Positions 18,440 through 27,200 of a stretch of 43,593 bases of DNA are shown piece after piece (the stretch's first letter is position 1; the number at the start of each line of letters is the position of its first letter). The position numbers and the translations under genes are program-made. The stretch is from a virus (Duplodnaviria > Caudoviricetes), in the IMG/VR virus record IMGVR_UViG_3300032213_001671, positions 1-43,593 of that record. The stretch is one strand, 5' to 3'. The notes beneath the pieces were generated by a model. That model was not told the DNA's origin. It did not search any database and was given only the letters and a program-made list of their open reading frames with translations.

Positions 18440-19654
18440 TCAATATACAGATAATGGTGTTCTCTTCCACTTACCATTTGTATAAACGTAAGCAAAATCA
18501 TTGTCATATCTAACCGACCCAGTAATACCAGAATCGTTAGTAGTAGCTGGTGCGGTGCCTCCAATTTGTAGATTTGTAATACTTGCACTGTAAGCAGACA
18601 AAATATTGTTGATACTCAAGTTGTTAGTAAAATTACCATTACTACTACTAATTGTAGTAAGTGTAGACGTGCCATTTACTGTCAAATTGCTTGTAATATA
18701 TTGATTACTTGCACTGACATTATTTAGTGACGCAAGATTAGTGACGGTAATATTAGTGAATGACGAGTTACCAATTACCAAATTACCAAAACTACCTGAC
18801 GTAGAAGTAATGTTACTAGCAGACACTTGACCCAATGTGGTCAAACCTGTTACATCCAATGTACCAGCAATAGTAGTATTACCACTAGATGCATTAACAA
18901 TCAATTTTCCACTGTTATAATTCAACGTATACCCATTTTCCGTCAACAATGAATTTTCAAGAGTATCACCTGTTTGAGCACGTGGCACATATCCATATGT
19001 CAAATTGTTTTCGGATCCAAACGAACCTGTAGGACCACCCATCATCTTGTTGCTTATAAGCGGATTAGTTGCATCAGTCATGAACCAATAATCATTTTGA
19101 CTATCCCACAACAATGAAGCAGTTGCCTGATTCATACTACCACTGTCAACAATATCCAATCCACCGTAACGTTGACCCGGAGTCAATACGTTTAGACGAA
19201 TACGATTATCACCAATATCAACAACGCTTGAACTAATATAAGTCATTGCACCTTGAACAGTCAAGTTGCCGGGAATGACTACACCGCTGCCACTAAACTG
19301 AACATTGTTGACATACACTGACGAATTTCCAGTGGTAGAAATTGTCAAATTACCAGTACTTGTGGATGTCAAATTTGGATTTGCACCCGTTAACGTCAAA
19401 TTACCAGAAAGACTGGTAGCAGATGCACTAAGATTATTTAACGTCGATTGTTGAGCAGCTGTCAATGTAGTAAAACTACCAGCTGCTGCAATGTTTTGAC
19501 CAATAGGAGCCGCATCAATTGAACCGGATGCAACGATATTACCGGTAGAATCGGTTTGAATAATTAATCGTGAACCTGACAACAATTTTTCTTCAAATGT
19601 TGTATTACCAGCATCACGTTGGCTTAAAATTAATGTGTATGAATTGAGTGGCAT
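18440..19654 (-). CDS. Fibre/structural protein (Ser/Thr/Asn-rich beta-shaft)
   Basis: GNLTVQG...VDIGDNRIRLN...GLDI.D....ASLLWD...W motif typical of phage fibres; short C-terminal G..G...YD....Y.Y.NGKW.R module. Confidence 0.72.
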   Translation of the reverse strand: MPLNSYTLILSQRDAGNTTFEEKLLSGSRLIIQTDSTGNIVASGSIDAAPIGQNIAAAGSFTTLTAAQQSTLNNLSASATSLSGNLTLTGANPNLTSTSTGNLTISTTGNSSVYVNNVQFSGSGVVIPGNLTVQGAMTYISSSVVDIGDNRIRLNVLTPGQRYGGLDIVDSGSMNQATASLLWDSQNDYWFMTDATNPLISNKMMGGPTGSFGSENNLTYGYVPRAQTGDTLENSLLTENGYTLNYNSGKLIVNASSGNTTIAGTLDVTGLTTLGQVSASNITSTSGSFGNLVIGNSSFTNITVTNLASLNNVSASNQYITSNLTVNGTSTLTTISSSNGNFTNNLSINNILSAYSASITNLQIGGTAPATTNDSGITGSVRYDNDFAYVYTNGKWKRTPLSVY

Positions 19655-19678
19655 ATACGTTTATACTATTTGTCTTTC

Positions 19679-19686
19679 TATAAATA
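19679..19686 (-). promoter_or_regulatory. TATTTATA upstream motif
   Basis: 24 nt upstream of ATG 19654. Confidence 0.6.
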
Positions 19687-19716
19687 GACTTTTATATTAT
19701 AAAAGTGTCACATAAT

Positions 19717-19920
19717 TTAAAATTCGAAATCTGCAATTGGTTGTCTTAACCATTTTCCGTTTGCATAAATATAATGGAACTCATTGTCATATGACATCCA
19801 CCCTTCCTCACCATAATCATCTGATGTTTTTGGTGGTGTTTTCCACGCAACATTAGCGCTTGGAGACACTCCATATTTTGCAAAAATGATACCTTTATCA
19901 ATTTTGGTTAAATCGACCAT
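19717..19920 (-). CDS. 67-aa protein, stand-alone copy of the C-terminal module of the gp15-like gene
   Basis: W..PP....DYGEEGWM.YD..FHYIY.NGKWLRQP.A.F shared with 19923..21071. Confidence 0.75.
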   Translation of the reverse strand: MVDLTKIDKGIIFAKYGVSPSANVAWKTPPKTSDDYGEEGWMSYDNEFHYIYANGKWLRQPIADFEF

Positions 19921-19922
19921 AA

Positions 19923-21071
19923 TTAAAATGTTGAAAAATTAGCAAGAGGTTGACGTAACCATTTACCATTAATATAAATGTAATGGAAGTTATCATCATA
20001 TGCCATCCAACCTTCTTCACCGTAATCAGTAGCACTTTGTGGAGGATTGTGCCATACCGTTTCAGGCGTGGTTGTACCTGACAATGCACTATATGATGTT
20101 ACAATAGAATCAACTTGACCAGCACCACTTCCATCTTCAAGTGAAGTACTAATAGTTGGTGTCGCTGGATCTGTACCATCTTCAACCAACGGATTGACAA
20201 AGTGATATGGCAAAGGTTTCTTATATGATTCTTTACGAATATCCTTCTCAATCTTGTCCATTTGTGTACCGTTAACAACTTCACTGGTAACAATAATCTT
20301 ACGTTGTGTAAGAGTTTTTGTTGTGGTAGGAAGTTTATTTTCAAATGATTCTGCCAACAAATATGCTTGAACCGTCATATTGAAGGTAGTACGAACCATA
20401 CGATCTTTACCAGAATTTACCTCGGTGGTATTGCTATAATCATTAATATACACCCGAAACTTAAATCGTTTTGGATCACCCCAATATTCTTCTGCTGCCC
20501 AATTAATCTTCTCAATCAACGCATTCATTTGTTCCACATATTCGGTCCATAACATAAACTCATATGTTAAGGTTACGTGGTCAGGCATTGTAACATTCAA
20601 GATTTGACCAACGGGAGCGCTAGATTTCGTCATCAAAGAAAACTTGTCATACTTGTTCTTTTCATCAAATTTCTTCAATACCTGAATATTCAAATGACGG
20701 TTAAAGGTTGCAAGATTCTCATTTTTTGCAACTGTATTACGTTTGTACATAATAGCAGGCAATTGAAGTTTACCTTGATTGTCACGTAATACTCCATCAT
20801 TTTGTATGGCTTTCCATCTTTCAGGACTACCATACATAATAGGAACTTTTACATTTTCACCAGCGTCTTCCACAGTCAAGTTAATAACTTGATCTAAATA
20901 TTCAAAAATAGCAGTGTCAATATCCAATAAGGATATTGAAAAATTCTTAAACTTGTCTTGGTCTCTACGTATTTGCGTAGCACGATTGACAGTAGATTTC
21001 ACATCCGCAACATTACTAGCTTCATTTCTGAAGTTAGGTGATGGATTATTTGGATTTCCTTTCCATGCCAT
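19923..21071 (-). CDS. gp15: Tail completion/sheath-stabiliser (T4 gp15-like) with C-terminal extension
   Basis: VKVPIMYGSPERW..I...G.LQLPAI motif; position directly after the gp13/gp14-like genes as in T4. Confidence 0.6.
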   Translation of the reverse strand: MAWKGNPNNPSPNFRNEASNVADVKSTVNRATQIRRDQDKFKNFSISLLDIDTAIFEYLDQVINLTVEDAGENVKVPIMYGSPERWKAIQNDGVLRDNQGKLQLPAIMYKRNTVAKNENLATFNRHLNIQVLKKFDEKNKYDKFSLMTKSSAPVGQILNVTMPDHVTLTYEFMLWTEYVEQMNALIEKINWAAEEYWGDPKRFKFRVYINDYSNTTEVNSGKDRMVRTTFNMTVQAYLLAESFENKLPTTTKTLTQRKIIVTSEVVNGTQMDKIEKDIRKESYKKPLPYHFVNPLVEDGTDPATPTISTSLEDGSGAGQVDSIVTSYSALSGTTTPETVWHNPPQSATDYGEEGWMAYDDNFHYIYINGKWLRQPLANFSTF

Positions 21072-21074
21072 ATA

Positions 21075-21551
21075 TTATACCTGTCTTTCAAAAATGTTTA
21101 GTTTGCTCAATCTGCTATAGTGCGTATTGCAAATAAAGCTATGACTCTTTGTGTCTTGTCCGCCCAAAAATTGTTCTTGAACCACATTATCAATTTCATG
21201 ATATCGATCATTGAACAATATGATATCCCCAATTTGAGGAAAGAAATTCACTTGCTGACACATCTTTTCTCTAAATTTAAATACCACGTCTTGATCACGA
21301 TCTGGACCAAATCCGTCATCTTCACCTGTAATATCAGCACGGTCAATCAATGATGATATATCAATGCCAGGATAAAATGTTTTTCCCTCACTAGGCGCAG
21401 ACTCACCATACAAATTGACTCGGGTTTCAGATGCTGCAATCTTGAAAACCGTTACAATCGTTTCAATGATATCACCCATCAATTCCGCATTAATAGAATT
21501 GATAAAATTAATATCACGAGCGCTAAAATATCTTCCTCTTAGTGATGCCAT
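21075..21551 (-). CDS. gp14: Neck/head-closure protein (T4 gp14-like)
   Basis: NLYGES..KTF...FG.D...F.F...PQIGDIILF..RYHEI.NV pattern; synteny with gp13. Confidence 0.65.
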   Translation of the reverse strand: MASLRGRYFSARDINFINSINAELMGDIIETIVTVFKIAASETRVNLYGESAPSEGKTFYPGIDISSLIDRADITGEDDGFGPDRDQDVVFKFREKMCQQVNFFPQIGDIILFNDRYHEIDNVVQEQFLGGQDTKSHSFICNTHYSRLSKLNIFERQV

Positions 21552-21554
21552 AAT

Positions 21555-22745
21555 TTATCCTATATAAATCATCATTGGAACTTTTTTCAAAATATCAGTA
21601 CTCTTTTCAGCTTTCATTGCCTGTTCCTCAATCAATTTGGAAGGCAATGAAGATTCCAACATATCACGTAGTTGTGTCATAAGAGCTTCTTTTTCTGTAG
21701 ATGCTTCACTTCTCAATTCCGCACCATCCAAAGTAACTTCACCGCCGGGAATTGGTATGCTACTATACTTTTGACGAATTGATCCCAATATCTCTTTACA
21801 TAACGCCAAATAATACTTACGTATCCACTGTCTTCCAGGCGAATTAATCTTGCTATACACCACATCTTCATATGGTACATTACTAAAATCTGAAATTTGA
21901 TCAGGCAAACTACCCGATGGTGTATTTGATGAACCACTATAATAAAGATTTGCACTTCTGTCATTTTCTAACGCATACTCAAAATATACTTTGTAGTTGT
22001 TAGTAGGAATAGGAAACAACTTCAATTTGTTGTTTACAATTTCAAAACTATAACTACTCTTACGCACCATATCATTGAATTCAATTGCTTGACCACGAAG
22101 CAAATCTTCAAATATAGGCGTCATCAAAAATTGAACCGCCGGACTATATCCAGCAAATCCCATTTCACTCAAAACGTTACTGTATGACATACCAGTCATA
22201 CTAAATGGATCATAAATACGTGCAAACGCAGGTGGTCCCTGATGGAAAATTCTCTTTACTTCAATACGATTTCCAGATCCAGACGCTTGTTCATACAATA
22301 ACTGTAAATCATATGTCTGTTGTCCAGTCAAAACGTCAATACTTCCCTTCTTCCAATCAACATTGCCACCAACTCCAACTTCACTACCATAACCTTTTGA
22401 TAACTTAATTACATATGGCAATGGATCGCCAGTCATAGGACGACCATTTACAACCGTTGACGTAGATTGTCCAATCAATGACAACAAATTGTTACGAATA
22501 TTGAACTGATTGATTTGTGAACCATACTCAGTCACAGCTTCTTCAAATGCTGCATAAAAGTTCAAATCGATCATTTCGATGTCTTCAATTGGATATCCCA
22601 AACGAATCGACGCCCAGACCGCACTGCTACTGCAATCAGCCACAAATCGAGCGTCAGTGTCGTAAAATCCAAATGGTGTTCTACCCGGAACAGCACTGCC
22701 GCTTCCGGGCCATCTTACTCTATCAGAATCAAGTCCAGCACTCAT
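21555..22745 (-). CDS. gp13: Neck/head-tail adaptor protein (T4 gp13-like)
   Basis: RLGYPIEDIEM...AFEEAV.EY and WIRKYYLALCKEILG.IR.KYS.IPIPGGEVTLDG..L..EA..E motifs. Confidence 0.8.
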   Translation of the reverse strand: MSAGLDSDRVRWPGSGSAVPGRTPFGFYDTDARFVADCSSSAVWASIRLGYPIEDIEMIDLNFYAAFEEAVTEYGSQINQFNIRNNLLSLIGQSTSTVVNGRPMTGDPLPYVIKLSKGYGSEVGVGGNVDWKKGSIDVLTGQQTYDLQLLYEQASGSGNRIEVKRIFHQGPPAFARIYDPFSMTGMSYSNVLSEMGFAGYSPAVQFLMTPIFEDLLRGQAIEFNDMVRKSSYSFEIVNNKLKLFPIPTNNYKVYFEYALENDRSANLYYSGSSNTPSGSLPDQISDFSNVPYEDVVYSKINSPGRQWIRKYYLALCKEILGSIRQKYSSIPIPGGEVTLDGAELRSEASTEKEALMTQLRDMLESSLPSKLIEEQAMKAEKSTDILKKVPMMIYIG

Positions 22746-22749
22746 GGTT

Positions 22750-22757
22750 TATAAATA
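22750..22757 (-). promoter_or_regulatory. TATTTATA upstream motif
   Basis: 4 nt upstream of the gp13-like ATG 22745. Confidence 0.6.
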
Positions 22758-22821
22758 TTACAACAGTTTGGTTATCTTCACTATTAGTTTGTCATTTCCC
22801 CTAATAAATCTTTTAACTTGA

Positions 22822-23328
22822 TCATAAATTGATATAATACTTACCTTGAGGACCACTATATTTGAATCTAGTAATCGGTATCACAATGTTTAATCCATTC
22901 TTGGTATGTGGAAACTTGCCCTTTTGAACATACGCTAGTGTCATATGAGGATGATACTCTGGATAACTATCATCATTCGGCAATCTATCACAACGTTGTC
23001 TTAACTCCATCAACTGTTGGTTATTCCTATCCACATCAAACTTAACAACATCATAATTCTCATTGTTAAATTGACTCAACGCTTTTAATACAATGTTAAA
23101 TGGTTTGACACCTTTCAAAACATTTGCCACATCACGCTTCTGTAAATCTGGTAAAAACCCATACTTTAAAGTAACATGTGGTTCATCATCATAACCATAT
23201 GTTGGATCTTCTGGATCCGTATACAATATCTCAGGTGGTATTGCAGTTTTACCAATACGAACAATGTGTGGACCATATGTTGGTTCTACCATTGCCATTA
23301 AACATCCTTTTTCAACGTGTCTGTTCAT
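22822..23328 (-). CDS. 2H phosphoesterase (LigT-like; candidate Acb1/gp57B-like anti-CBASS nuclease)
   Basis: Two HxT motifs (EPHVTLKYG and YHPHMTLAYV) spaced ~75 aa apart. Start taken at MNRHVEK to avoid overlap with the upstream gene. Confidence 0.8.
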   Translation of the reverse strand: MNRHVEKGCLMAMVEPTYGPHIVRIGKTAIPPEILYTDPEDPTYGYDDEPHVTLKYGFLPDLQKRDVANVLKGVKPFNIVLKALSQFNNENYDVVKFDVDRNNQQLMELRQRCDRLPNDDSYPEYHPHMTLAYVQKGKFPHTKNGLNIVIPITRFKYSGPQGKYYINL

Positions 23329-23356
23329 ATATTTTAATTTTTCATAAGTATAAGTA

Positions 23357-23734
23357 TTAAAATTCCACTTCTTTGTTTTGTTTATCATCGAAAATTGAAA
23401 CTGCTCCCAGTTCAGTTGCTTTCACTTTCAACGATTTCAATTGAGAATCACTGACTAAACGTGCACCATAATCAAAATGTAATTCGTTATCTGCACCGTA
23501 ATTAAACGTCACTCTTACCCACCCACGTTTAAATAATTCTTCTATTGGACCGGTTCTACTGTAATCTATATTGTGTGTATCACAATATTCTCTCGCAAAT
23601 CTAAAATGGCCATCTCTACCATCTTCGTCACGGTACACTTCGTGAAACATACCACGACTGTCCATCCAATATGCACTCCAAAATCTGCCATGACGACCTT
23701 CCCAAAGATATGAAAAAAATGATTTATACTCCAT
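23357..23734 (-). CDS. Hypothetical phage protein
   Basis: Start reassigned to MEYKSFF (ATG 23734), downstream of the terminator. Contains YWMD..G...H...LFKRGWVRV. Confidence 0.7.
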   Translation of the reverse strand: MEYKSFFSYLWEGRHGRFWSAYWMDSRGMFHEVYRDEDGRDGHFRFAREYCDTHNIDYSRTGPIEELFKRGWVRVTFNYGADNELHFDYGARLVSDSQLKSLKVKATELGAVSIFDDKQNKEVEF

Positions 23735-23755
23735 AGTATTAAATATAAACCAGTA

Positions 23756-23786
23756 AAACAAAAAACCCCACTCTTTCGAGTGGGGC
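23756..23786 (-). terminator. Rho-independent terminator after the major capsid gene
   Basis: Minus strand CCCCACTC-GAAA-GAGTGGGG followed by TTTTTTGTTTT. Confidence 0.9.
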
Positions 23787-23815
23787 TTCGTTTAGACTTT
23801 ATCGTCTACCCAAGA

Positions 23816-25441
23816 TTATACTTGGTCGAGATCGCCGACAAGAATCTTGCCGTAGAACTCGGGACGGACAATCTTCTTGGCGTAGCGAGTCATCACACCA
23901 CGGCGTGGGGTGAAGTTCACTGGATCATACACCAATGGAGTTTGTACTAGTGGGATGTATGGAGCATACACAGCACCGGTTTCTAGGAAGTTATTTCCAC
24001 GGAAACCAACCAAGATGGTGTTTTCAACCATGTATGGGTTCTTGTAGACTTGGAAACGACTTGCGAAGTTACCAACCTTGCTTACACCCATTGCGAACTT
24101 GGCGCTATCACCATCAGTGTTGACAACGAAGCCTGGGATTGACTCCAATACGGTTGCAACGTCAGGTGAACACACAAGGAAGTTTGCACCACCACGTAGA
24201 GTCAACTGATGAATCTTGTTAGAGACCTTTTGGATCTTGTTACCAAGAGTTTGGAACCAAGTTGACTTGGTGTAGTATCCACCGGTACCAGCAGTAGTTG
24301 TATCAGTGATGACACCACTGTCGTTGATTTCACGGTTGATCTTAGCGCTCCAACGTGCGGTTGTCACGGATGGAACGTTGGTGATCAACATGTCAAGGAT
24401 TTCGAGGTCGATTTCCATTGAAACGTATTCACTCAAAAGAGCAGTCAATTCTGCTTCTGCGTCGATGCTGTGGTAAGCATTCAAGTCTTGAGCAAGTTCT
24501 GGAGTCCAGACTGCCTTCAACTTACGAGTTTTAGCAACGATTGGCTCACTCTTCAACTCAAGGTTGACTTCAGGAATACCGATTGAGCTCAAGCTATCGG
24601 TTGTGGTCTTGTCTTCGAAGTCACCACGGTTGCTGTCCTTAGGTTGTACACCGTAGTTAATAGTCAAACTTGCGGAAGCAGGATTTGAACCAGAAACAAC
24701 GAAGGTTACTTCTGAACCATTGATTGATGTCAATGATGGGAAGTAAGTGGTGATGCTACCACCAGTGATGGTGAATGAACGAGCACCGTTTGCGTCGAAC
24801 ACGTTACCAGCAGCACTTGAAGCACTGTACAAGTTGGTTGTGGTCAAAGTGAAAACTTCGCCTGCAGCAACTGAAGCACTGATGTTGGCATCAAAGTTAA
24901 CACCATTCAAAGTTGTCACAGCAGCGCGGGTAGCGGTGATGTGGTTGATTGATTGATCGTTAATTGAATAACCAAAACGACCTGCGCCGTAGAGACCGCC
25001 AGTTGCACTGTCGGTAGAACCAAGCTTGGTGCCGGTACCGCCGAATAGTGAACTATAGTTGTTGGCAGTGTCCTTTGAGAAGGCACCGTTGTTAGTACCA
25101 TACTTGAAGTCAAGATAGAAGATAAGACCGCTTGGGAGGTTCATTGGTTGAACGCTCACAAACTCCTTAGCAGCGATTTCAGCAAACACACGACGAACGA
25201 GTGGGAGAGCAACGCCTGCCCATTGTTCACTGTTTGATGAAGTGCCTGTAGAGGTAGCTTCATCAAGCAATTGCTTTGCTTGATTTTCAAGAAGGATAGA
25301 CATGTTTGCCTTTTCAGTGCCTTGTAGGCCTTCAAGCAAACCGGTTTGTTCCCACTTTGATTGCAATCCACGGGTCTTGGCCATAAGCTCTGCCTGTGGA
25401 TTCATGTTTGTAGTTAGTAGTGACTTTAAATCTGCACTCAT
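23816..25441 (-). CDS. gp23: Major capsid protein (T4 gp23 family)
   Basis: LVRRVF...VSVQPMNLPSGLIFY; AKTRKLKAVWTPELAQDLNAYHSIDAEAEL..LSEY..EID.EI; YAPYIPL...DPVNFTPR.G.MTRYA. Confidence 0.97.
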   Translation of the reverse strand: MSADLKSLLTTNMNPQAELMAKTRGLQSKWEQTGLLEGLQGTEKANMSILLENQAKQLLDEATSTGTSSNSEQWAGVALPLVRRVFAEIAAKEFVSVQPMNLPSGLIFYLDFKYGTNNGAFSKDTANNYSSLFGGTGTKLGSTDSATGGLYGAGRFGYSINDQSINHITATRAAVTTLNGVNFDANISASVAAGEVFTLTTTNLYSASSAAGNVFDANGARSFTITGGSITTYFPSLTSINGSEVTFVVSGSNPASASLTINYGVQPKDSNRGDFEDKTTTDSLSSIGIPEVNLELKSEPIVAKTRKLKAVWTPELAQDLNAYHSIDAEAELTALLSEYVSMEIDLEILDMLITNVPSVTTARWSAKINREINDSGVITDTTTAGTGGYYTKSTWFQTLGNKIQKVSNKIHQLTLRGGANFLVCSPDVATVLESIPGFVVNTDGDSAKFAMGVSKVGNFASRFQVYKNPYMVENTILVGFRGNNFLETGAVYAPYIPLVQTPLVYDPVNFTPRRGVMTRYAKKIVRPEFYGKILVGDLDQV

Positions 25442-25475
25442 AATATTTCTTTGTTTAATTTGTTGTTAGACGTTA

Positions 25476-26492
25476 TTACTTTTTAATGCCAGCGAGTGTC
25501 TTAAATCTCTCTGCCATTAGATTACCATTAGCAACGATTGGTTGTGATGGTTTTGTACTTGCAACTGCCTTACTTGCCAAACCTTCGGTGATAGTAGTTG
25601 CAGTTGTATTTTTTCTTCTAACAACTGATCCACCCAAATTAAACGATTCGGCCATAATAGCATAGGTTAATTTAACCTCACGTACACTCGTAGTGAGATC
25701 AAAGTTTTCGACAACCTTCATCTTTTGTTCATTGTTCATACTAAATTGTTTGAACAACTTGTTGGTATAAAGCAACTTGGCATTCAACAAGTTAACTTCA
25801 TTGATTTGGCTGCGTAAAATTTCAACAGTCTTCATTGCTTGATCACGTTGTGCAGTGACTTCAGCAATTTGTTCTGCATAATCCGATTCCGCATGAGAAC
25901 CCTCTGTTTGATCGGGATCGGATTCATCACCGGATTCAAGTTCGGCGAGAAGTTCGTCAAGAGAAATCTCTTCGATATCTTCTGCGGCAGGAGCAGCAGG
26001 TGCTAGTGATGGATCAACAGGTGCAACTGGTGCAGCTGGAGCAGCTGGAGCAGCAGGTGCAGTTGCCATTGGAGTGTCGGATACTGGTGCCGTTGTCATT
26101 GGAGTATCTGATACTGGAGCAGGAGCAGGTGCAGGAACAGCGGTTGGATCCATTGGTGCGGTCATTGCATTTGGATCTGCAGGAGCTGGTTCACCTTCTT
26201 CGGACATTGCAGCATCATTTTCGAGTTCTGCAATAATTTCTTCCAATTCCATATCGCTGAGGGTTTCTTCATTTGACATACCATCGTCTGATGGTTGCAT
26301 CATAGTTTCGTTTGAAGAACCGCCATTATCAGATGGCATAACGTCATCTGCGGATTCTTCTTTTAGTCTTTCTGCAAACAATGCTTGAACACGTTCACCG
26401 AAAGCTTCTTCAAGTGCTACCTTTGCATTTGCAAGAGCGGTGGCACGAACTGCCTTGGCGTCAGCAAGCGCTTCTTTTAATAGATCTGACAT
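25476..26492 (-). CDS. Prohead scaffolding/core protein (gp22-like)
   Basis: Acidic, coiled-coil-like, with an Ala/Pro linker; immediately upstream of the major capsid gene; many (I/L)-X-E sites. Confidence 0.75.
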   Translation of the reverse strand: MSDLLKEALADAKAVRATALANAKVALEEAFGERVQALFAERLKEESADDVMPSDNGGSSNETMMQPSDDGMSNEETLSDMELEEIIAELENDAAMSEEGEPAPADPNAMTAPMDPTAVPAPAPAPVSDTPMTTAPVSDTPMATAPAAPAAPAAPVAPVDPSLAPAAPAAEDIEEISLDELLAELESGDESDPDQTEGSHAESDYAEQIAEVTAQRDQAMKTVEILRSQINEVNLLNAKLLYTNKLFKQFSMNNEQKMKVVENFDLTTSVREVKLTYAIMAESFNLGGSVVRRKNTTATTITEGLASKAVASTKPSQPIVANGNLMAERFKTLAGIKK

Positions 26493-26592
26493 ATTATATT
26501 TTCCTTTTGGTTCTGAAGTTATTGAGGGGAAACTTCAATCGAATTTAGTATTGTTGTGGCAGCAAAGACTTTGCCGCATTTGAATATAAATA
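26493..26592 (-). promoter_or_regulatory. TATTTATA motif plus structured ~90-nt 5' leader of the scaffold-capsid operon
   Basis: Motif at 26585-26592; hairpins GCGGCAAA-GTC-TTTGCTGC (~26559-26577) and TGAAGTT-N10-AACTTCA (26514-26537). Confidence 0.55.
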
Positions 26593-26646
26593 TATAAGAT
26601 TTTTCAAAAGATATAAAAATCTTCGTGTTTGTATGGTATTAATGTC

Positions 26647-26654
26647 TATTTATA
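26647..26654 (+). promoter_or_regulatory. TATTTATA upstream motif on the plus strand
   Basis: 14 nt upstream of ATG 26669; orientation flips with the gene. Confidence 0.62.
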
Positions 26655-26668
26655 TAGCATCGTAATTT

Positions 26669-27199
26669 ATGCCTAAAGATTCAAAAACCCAACTTAAAAC
26701 ACTCATAAAGAAGTTAATTTATGAAGTATTAAGCGAAGCAGAACGTGAAACTATTGTTGATAAAAAGGAAATTACACTAAATCCTCCAAATACATTTGAA
26801 TCATATTTAAAACAAAATATTGGTGTATCGTTTACAAATGAAGAACGATTGTCATCTACTGTACCCAATGTTCGTACACCATTTTCACGCACACAGTTTG
26901 AAATTCGTTATAAAAGTACCGAGGATATTTTAAACAGTGGTAAAATGGAAAAAATCAACAAAACTACTGTAGTTAAAAAAATACGTGCTGGAAACTTACT
27001 AGCATATAAAAGTTTCACGTTGATTGAACCAACTCAAAAACCTGAAAATAAACAAAAAGATTCAAAAGAACCGAATAAACCAGAACCAATCAAAGTAACA
27101 ATTATTACTTCTGATAGTTTTACCGATATTAAAGGTGATACAAAACTTTTATCAGATTTTCTTCAAAAAATAAATAACGGGGACAATATAGGACTATAA
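26669..27199 (+). CDS. Hypothetical protein (putative head-associated)
   Basis: 176-aa ORF; TATTTATA at 26647-26654; N-terminal LKTLIKKLIYEVLSE helix. Confidence 0.78.
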   Translation: MPKDSKTQLKTLIKKLIYEVLSEAERETIVDKKEITLNPPNTFESYLKQNIGVSFTNEERLSSTVPNVRTPFSRTQFEIRYKSTEDILNSGKMEKINKTTVVKKIRAGNLLAYKSFTLIEPTQKPENKQKDSKEPNKPEPIKVTIITSDSFTDIKGDTKLLSDFLQKINNGDNIGL

Positions 27200-27200
27200 T

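Noticed and set aside
23335-23345. Tiny ATG-AAA-AAT-TAA uORF or possible frameshifted start before the 2H phosphoesterase
   Set aside because: Too short to distinguish from chance in AT-rich sequence
26060-26120. Short duplication PVSDTPM(T/A)TA in the scaffold gene
   Set aside because: Ordinary low-complexity linker expansion
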